Part shown: positions 60,229 through 64,000 of the stretch, piece by piece | Layout: every line of letters starts with the position of its first letter | Position numbering within the stretch: the stretch's first letter is position 1 | Source: Takakia lepidozioides | Lineage: Eukaryota; Plantae; Bryophyta | NCBI GenBank assembly: GCA_030704615.1 | Contig: CM060732.1 | Location: 4,402,001 to 4,466,000 of the forward strand | DNA: 64,000 bases | Reading direction: 5' to 3' | Notes under the pieces: generated by a model | The model's database searches: none | Told to the model about the DNA's origin: nothing | The model's input: only the letters and a program-made list of their open reading frames with translations | Program-made: the position numbers and the translations under genes

Positions 60229-61559
60229 TGTAGGGCCGATATTTCCGAGCGACGAAGCCTATTCATGAATTCGGCGAGACCACACTCCCAAAAATCCACT
60301 GTCAAAGTTTTCATGAACCTGGTCTCCGAAATGCGGCCCCTGGCCTTTCCGCAATAACTGCCAACGGTATGCAGTCAGAAGATTGCAGACTTGTGCAGGT
60401 GCCCTGCGCAAACCAATAATTGCGGCGTCTGATGAGAAGCGTGGGGGGGGGGCGAGTGTGCAAGCACCTTCCCGATGGATAGAGGGAATTGAAAGAGATG
60501 TGGCATTCCCCAGGGTCTGAGTACAAGATTGAGTGCTGGACCCTCTCAGGCAAAATTCAACATTGCACAAAAAGTGGAACTTTGGTTCAAAGGAAGATTT
60601 TTATTCATATAATGAGCTGTGACAAGTATGCATGCCCTCACAAGCCGAGGTAAGCCAAAGGTATGCATGCAATCCATGTTGAGGTAGGTTGGGAATTTGC
60701 TGTCGTGTTGCACTGTTGTCACCAAGAAGCTCGAACCTCGATTGGCCTCTCAACAAGCTCATGACTGACAGGGTGTCGGTAGGCGAAGACAATGGATGCA
60801 GCCCGCTCCCCTTTGGTGTAGTGGATAACAGTGTCATGTCCTCCGATATATGCACCATCGTAAATGGAGATCTTTGTTGTGGAGACTCTATGTCCATAAG
60901 ACTCATCCTCGTAGCTTATGAGAATTTCCCCATAGACTGTTTGCGAGGGAATCCTCGGAGGCCTATACGTACACCCGATGCAATCGTCGTAGGTCCACTG
61001 GCATTACCTCCAATGATACAAGAAGGTCGTGCGGCTTTTGGGGATGTCCTATGTAGACGGATATTCCAGATCGACGATTCGCAGGCACCAGAGCCGCGCA
61101 AGCCCGTCCCTACGAGGCTGATCGTGGAAGCCAGGCTGGTACTCAAGAGCGGACAGGCTCACCTGCCTCTGCTGAGACTGGTCTATCCAATCCTGCAGGA
61201 GTATAAAAATGTCCCCTGACTTGGGGCGAGAAGTTCCACGGGGTGAGACCGCCGTTGGGGCAATTGCCAGGATCCCGACACGCCATCGCCAAATAGTGAA
61301 AGGGCTGCCAGGAAGCAAAGCGGGAGCGCCGGGAAGCAGACCCGGGAGTACTCAGTATAGGAGGAGAGGAAGTGGGAGGAGCGGAGGAGAGGAATTGGTC
61401 TTGCTGGCCAAGTTTGAAACGCAGTGGGTGTAGGGGGAAATTTGGACAACTGGCAAACAAATGCACAACATTTAATATGTCCGTACCCGGGGATGAGGCG
61501 CAACATTTACTTCGTGGTCGGCTCCATAAAACCACGTCTCGCAAGAGAGCTCTCGGGGG

Positions 61560-63150
61560 GAGATAGCGCCAAGTGTCACACCAAGTCTATCCCGCCGAAT
61601 TTTCATCCAGGGGGGTTGGATGAAGTCGTCTCGGGGGGAGAGGGCTCCAAGTGGCTCCCAAATTTCATCCCCCGGATGGAAATACGATGCCGAATTTCCA
61701 TCCAGGGGTGTTTGGATGAAGTTGTCTCGGGGGGAGGGTGCGACAGGTGGCACACTAAGTCCATCCCCTGGATGGAAATACGGCGCCGAATTTCCATCCA
61801 GGGGTGTTTGGATGAAGTTGTCTCGGGGGGAGGGTGCGAAAGGTTGCACACCAAGTCCATCCCCTGGATGGAAAAATGATGCCGAGTTTCCATCCAGGGG
61901 ATGAAGTCTGTGCGCCAGCTGCCCCCCCCCCCCCTCCCCCCGAGACGACTTCATCCTGTGCCCCCTTGAAGAAAAAACGGCGCCGAATTTCCATCCAGGG
62001 GGTGAAGTTTGTGTGCCAGCTGCCCCCCCTTCCCCGAGACGACTTCATCCTGTCCCCCCTAGATGGAAAAACGGCGCCGGATTTCCATCCAGGGGATGAA
62101 GTCTGTGCGCCAGCTTGCCCCCCCTCCCCCGAGACGGCTTCATCCAGAGCCCCCTGGATGGAAATACGGCGCTGAATTTCCATCCGGGGGGGATTGGATG
62201 AAGTCGTCTCGGAAAAGACACAGGGCCTGCTGGCATACCAATTTCATCCCTTGGATGGATATTCGGCGCTGAATTTCCATCCGAGGGGGATTGGGTGAAG
62301 TCGTCTCGGTCGGACATAGGCCTTGTTGGCATACCAATTTCATCCCCTGGATGGAAATTCGGCGTCGTATTTCCATCCAGCGCGGTGCGATGGAACCCTC
62401 ATGTCCCATTTTTAGCCATTTTCCCCCCTGGATGGAAATTCGGCGCCGTATTTCCATCCAGGGGGTGTGGATGAAGTCCTGTCAGGGGGACGGAGGGGCA
62501 CCTGGCGCACGAAGTACACCCCCTTGGATGCAAATTCGGCGCCGAATTTTCATCCAGGGGGTCTGGATTCGTCTCGTGGGGAGGGAGGGGCACCTGGCGC
62601 ACGAAGTCCATCCCCCTGGATGGAAATTTGGCGCCGTATTTCCATCCACGGGGTCTGGATGAAGTCGTCTCGGGGGGAGGGAGGGCCACCTGGCACACGA
62701 AGTCCACCCCCCTGGATGTAAATTCGGCGCCGTTATCCATGGGATCTGGATGAAGTCATCTCGGGGGGAGGGAGGGGCACCTGGCGCACGAAGTCCACCC
62801 CCCTGGATGGAAATTTGGCGTCGTTATCCACGGGGTTTGGATGAAGTCATCTCGGGGGGAGGGAGGGGCACCTGACGCACAAAGTCCATCCCCCTGGATG
62901 GAAATTCGACGTCGTATTTCCATCCAGGGGGTATGGATGAAGTCGTCTCGGGGGGAGGGAGGGGCACCTGACGCACGAAGTCCATCCCCCTGGATGGAAA
63001 CTCCGCGCCGTATTTCCATCCAGGAGGTCTAGATGAAGTCGTCTCGGGCGGAGGGAGGGGGACTTGGCGCACGAAGTTACACCGCCTGGATGGAAATACG
63101 GCTCCGAATTTCCATCCAGGGGGTGTGGATGAAGCCGTCTCGTGGGGAGA
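61560..63150. repeat. Tandem array (~90-100 bp unit) built on a ~40-bp palindrome CCCCTGGATGGAAATACGGCGCCGAATTTCCATCCAGGGG
   Basis: About 16 units with gatgaagtcgtctcgggggga. Unit orientation flips at about 61900-62160. Confidence 0.9.
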
Positions 63151-64000
63151 GTTTTCGAGCTGTCACAATGATGTCCGCCGGCCATGCATTAATGTGCCGC
63201 CGTCGTCTCTTTTGAACCCACATGGTCCTGCACGGATTCCATGGTGGCTTCCCGGCTACGTCTGGAGCCCTTGATGTGACGGGTGGATGAAGTTCCACGC
63301 CCAGGCTGCCACCACGCATTAGCCGCGACATTTCTGTTATTTGGACTTATGCCGCGTCGAGAAGGGCGAGGCTCTGCCGAGAGAAACCCCAGTTCTCGAC
63401 CACGGTGCAAACTAAAACCTTTATACTACGGTCCGAAACCAAAGTCTTGCATGGCCAAACTGAAGCTACAGCAGGAGATCCCCTTGTCTTGCTCACAGCC
63501 CGCGCCAACTGAAGCCGAGCATTCTCAGGTGTGCCCCTGCTTCTTCCACTTTTCAGGGATTTTGCTGCTGCTTTTGCGGGCTTTTGCTTTCAGGGCTTTG
63601 AGGGCTTTTGCTTTTGCTTTTGCTGTTGCGTACTCTGCCTACTCTCACAACTCTGCCTCGTTTTCACTTTGCCTTTCGATTGGATGCCAGGGCCCTCCTG
63701 GTGGGGATGACAGAGTGAAGACGATCGTGACACGGTGGTGGTTTCCTCCACACCTCCAAGTCGTTGCAAGGGAGTTTTCCGCGAGACGTGGCAGGCAGCC
63801 TCTGGCATTCAGATTTTTGGGTCTCCAAAGGGGGGCCGAGGGGGCATCGACGAGGCCCTTCTTCCATTCGCAGGTGGACAAGACGCCCTGGACAAGGCTT
63901 ACTCACAGATAGCAATTTGGCCACAGTCGGGAGGTGGTGCGTAGGCTACAACACTCGAAATGAAAGGTGCAGGGCGATGGAAAGGGCTAGGCCATCCGCC

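Noticed and set aside
61424-63215. Many overlapping ORFs with PWMEIRRRISIQG repeats
   Set aside because: Products of the palindromic tandem array, appearing on both strands.
63161-64000. Possible LTR starting TGTCAC after the palindrome array
   Set aside because: No second copy, recognisable PBS or coding domain within the window, so it cannot be supported.

Overview
TE-dense land-plant genomic DNA, probably a bryophyte or other seed-free plant. This is inferred from a moss-like MATH-BTB protein, PLS-class PPR/DYW fragments and GT-AG introns. The only clearly intact host gene is an intronless MATH-BTB (BPM-type) ORF at 27422-28615 (-). The rest is nested mobile DNA: palindromic and higher-order satellite arrays (1-11.5 kb); a spliced, decayed gene combining a ParB/Srx-like domain with a beta-class amino-methyltransferase-like domain (12.8-18.6 kb); a Tat/Athila-like Ty3/Gypsy with an apparent internal inversion; a truncated chromovirus; two CACTA elements with TIRs and 3-bp TSDs, one carrying host PPR fragments; and Mutator-like SWIM transposase remnants. 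The standout is a young ~11.7-kb Ty3/Gypsy-type retroelement at 46529-58189 (-). Its polyprotein reads Gag-2xZn knuckle-protease-C5 cytosine DNA methyltransferase-RT-RNaseH-DDE integrase-PHD finger. It lacks ordinary LTRs and instead has split direct repeats (X-ORFs-Y-gc-X-Y), an architecture typical of tyrosine-recombinase retroelements. All calls come from motif recognition by eye; no searches were run.
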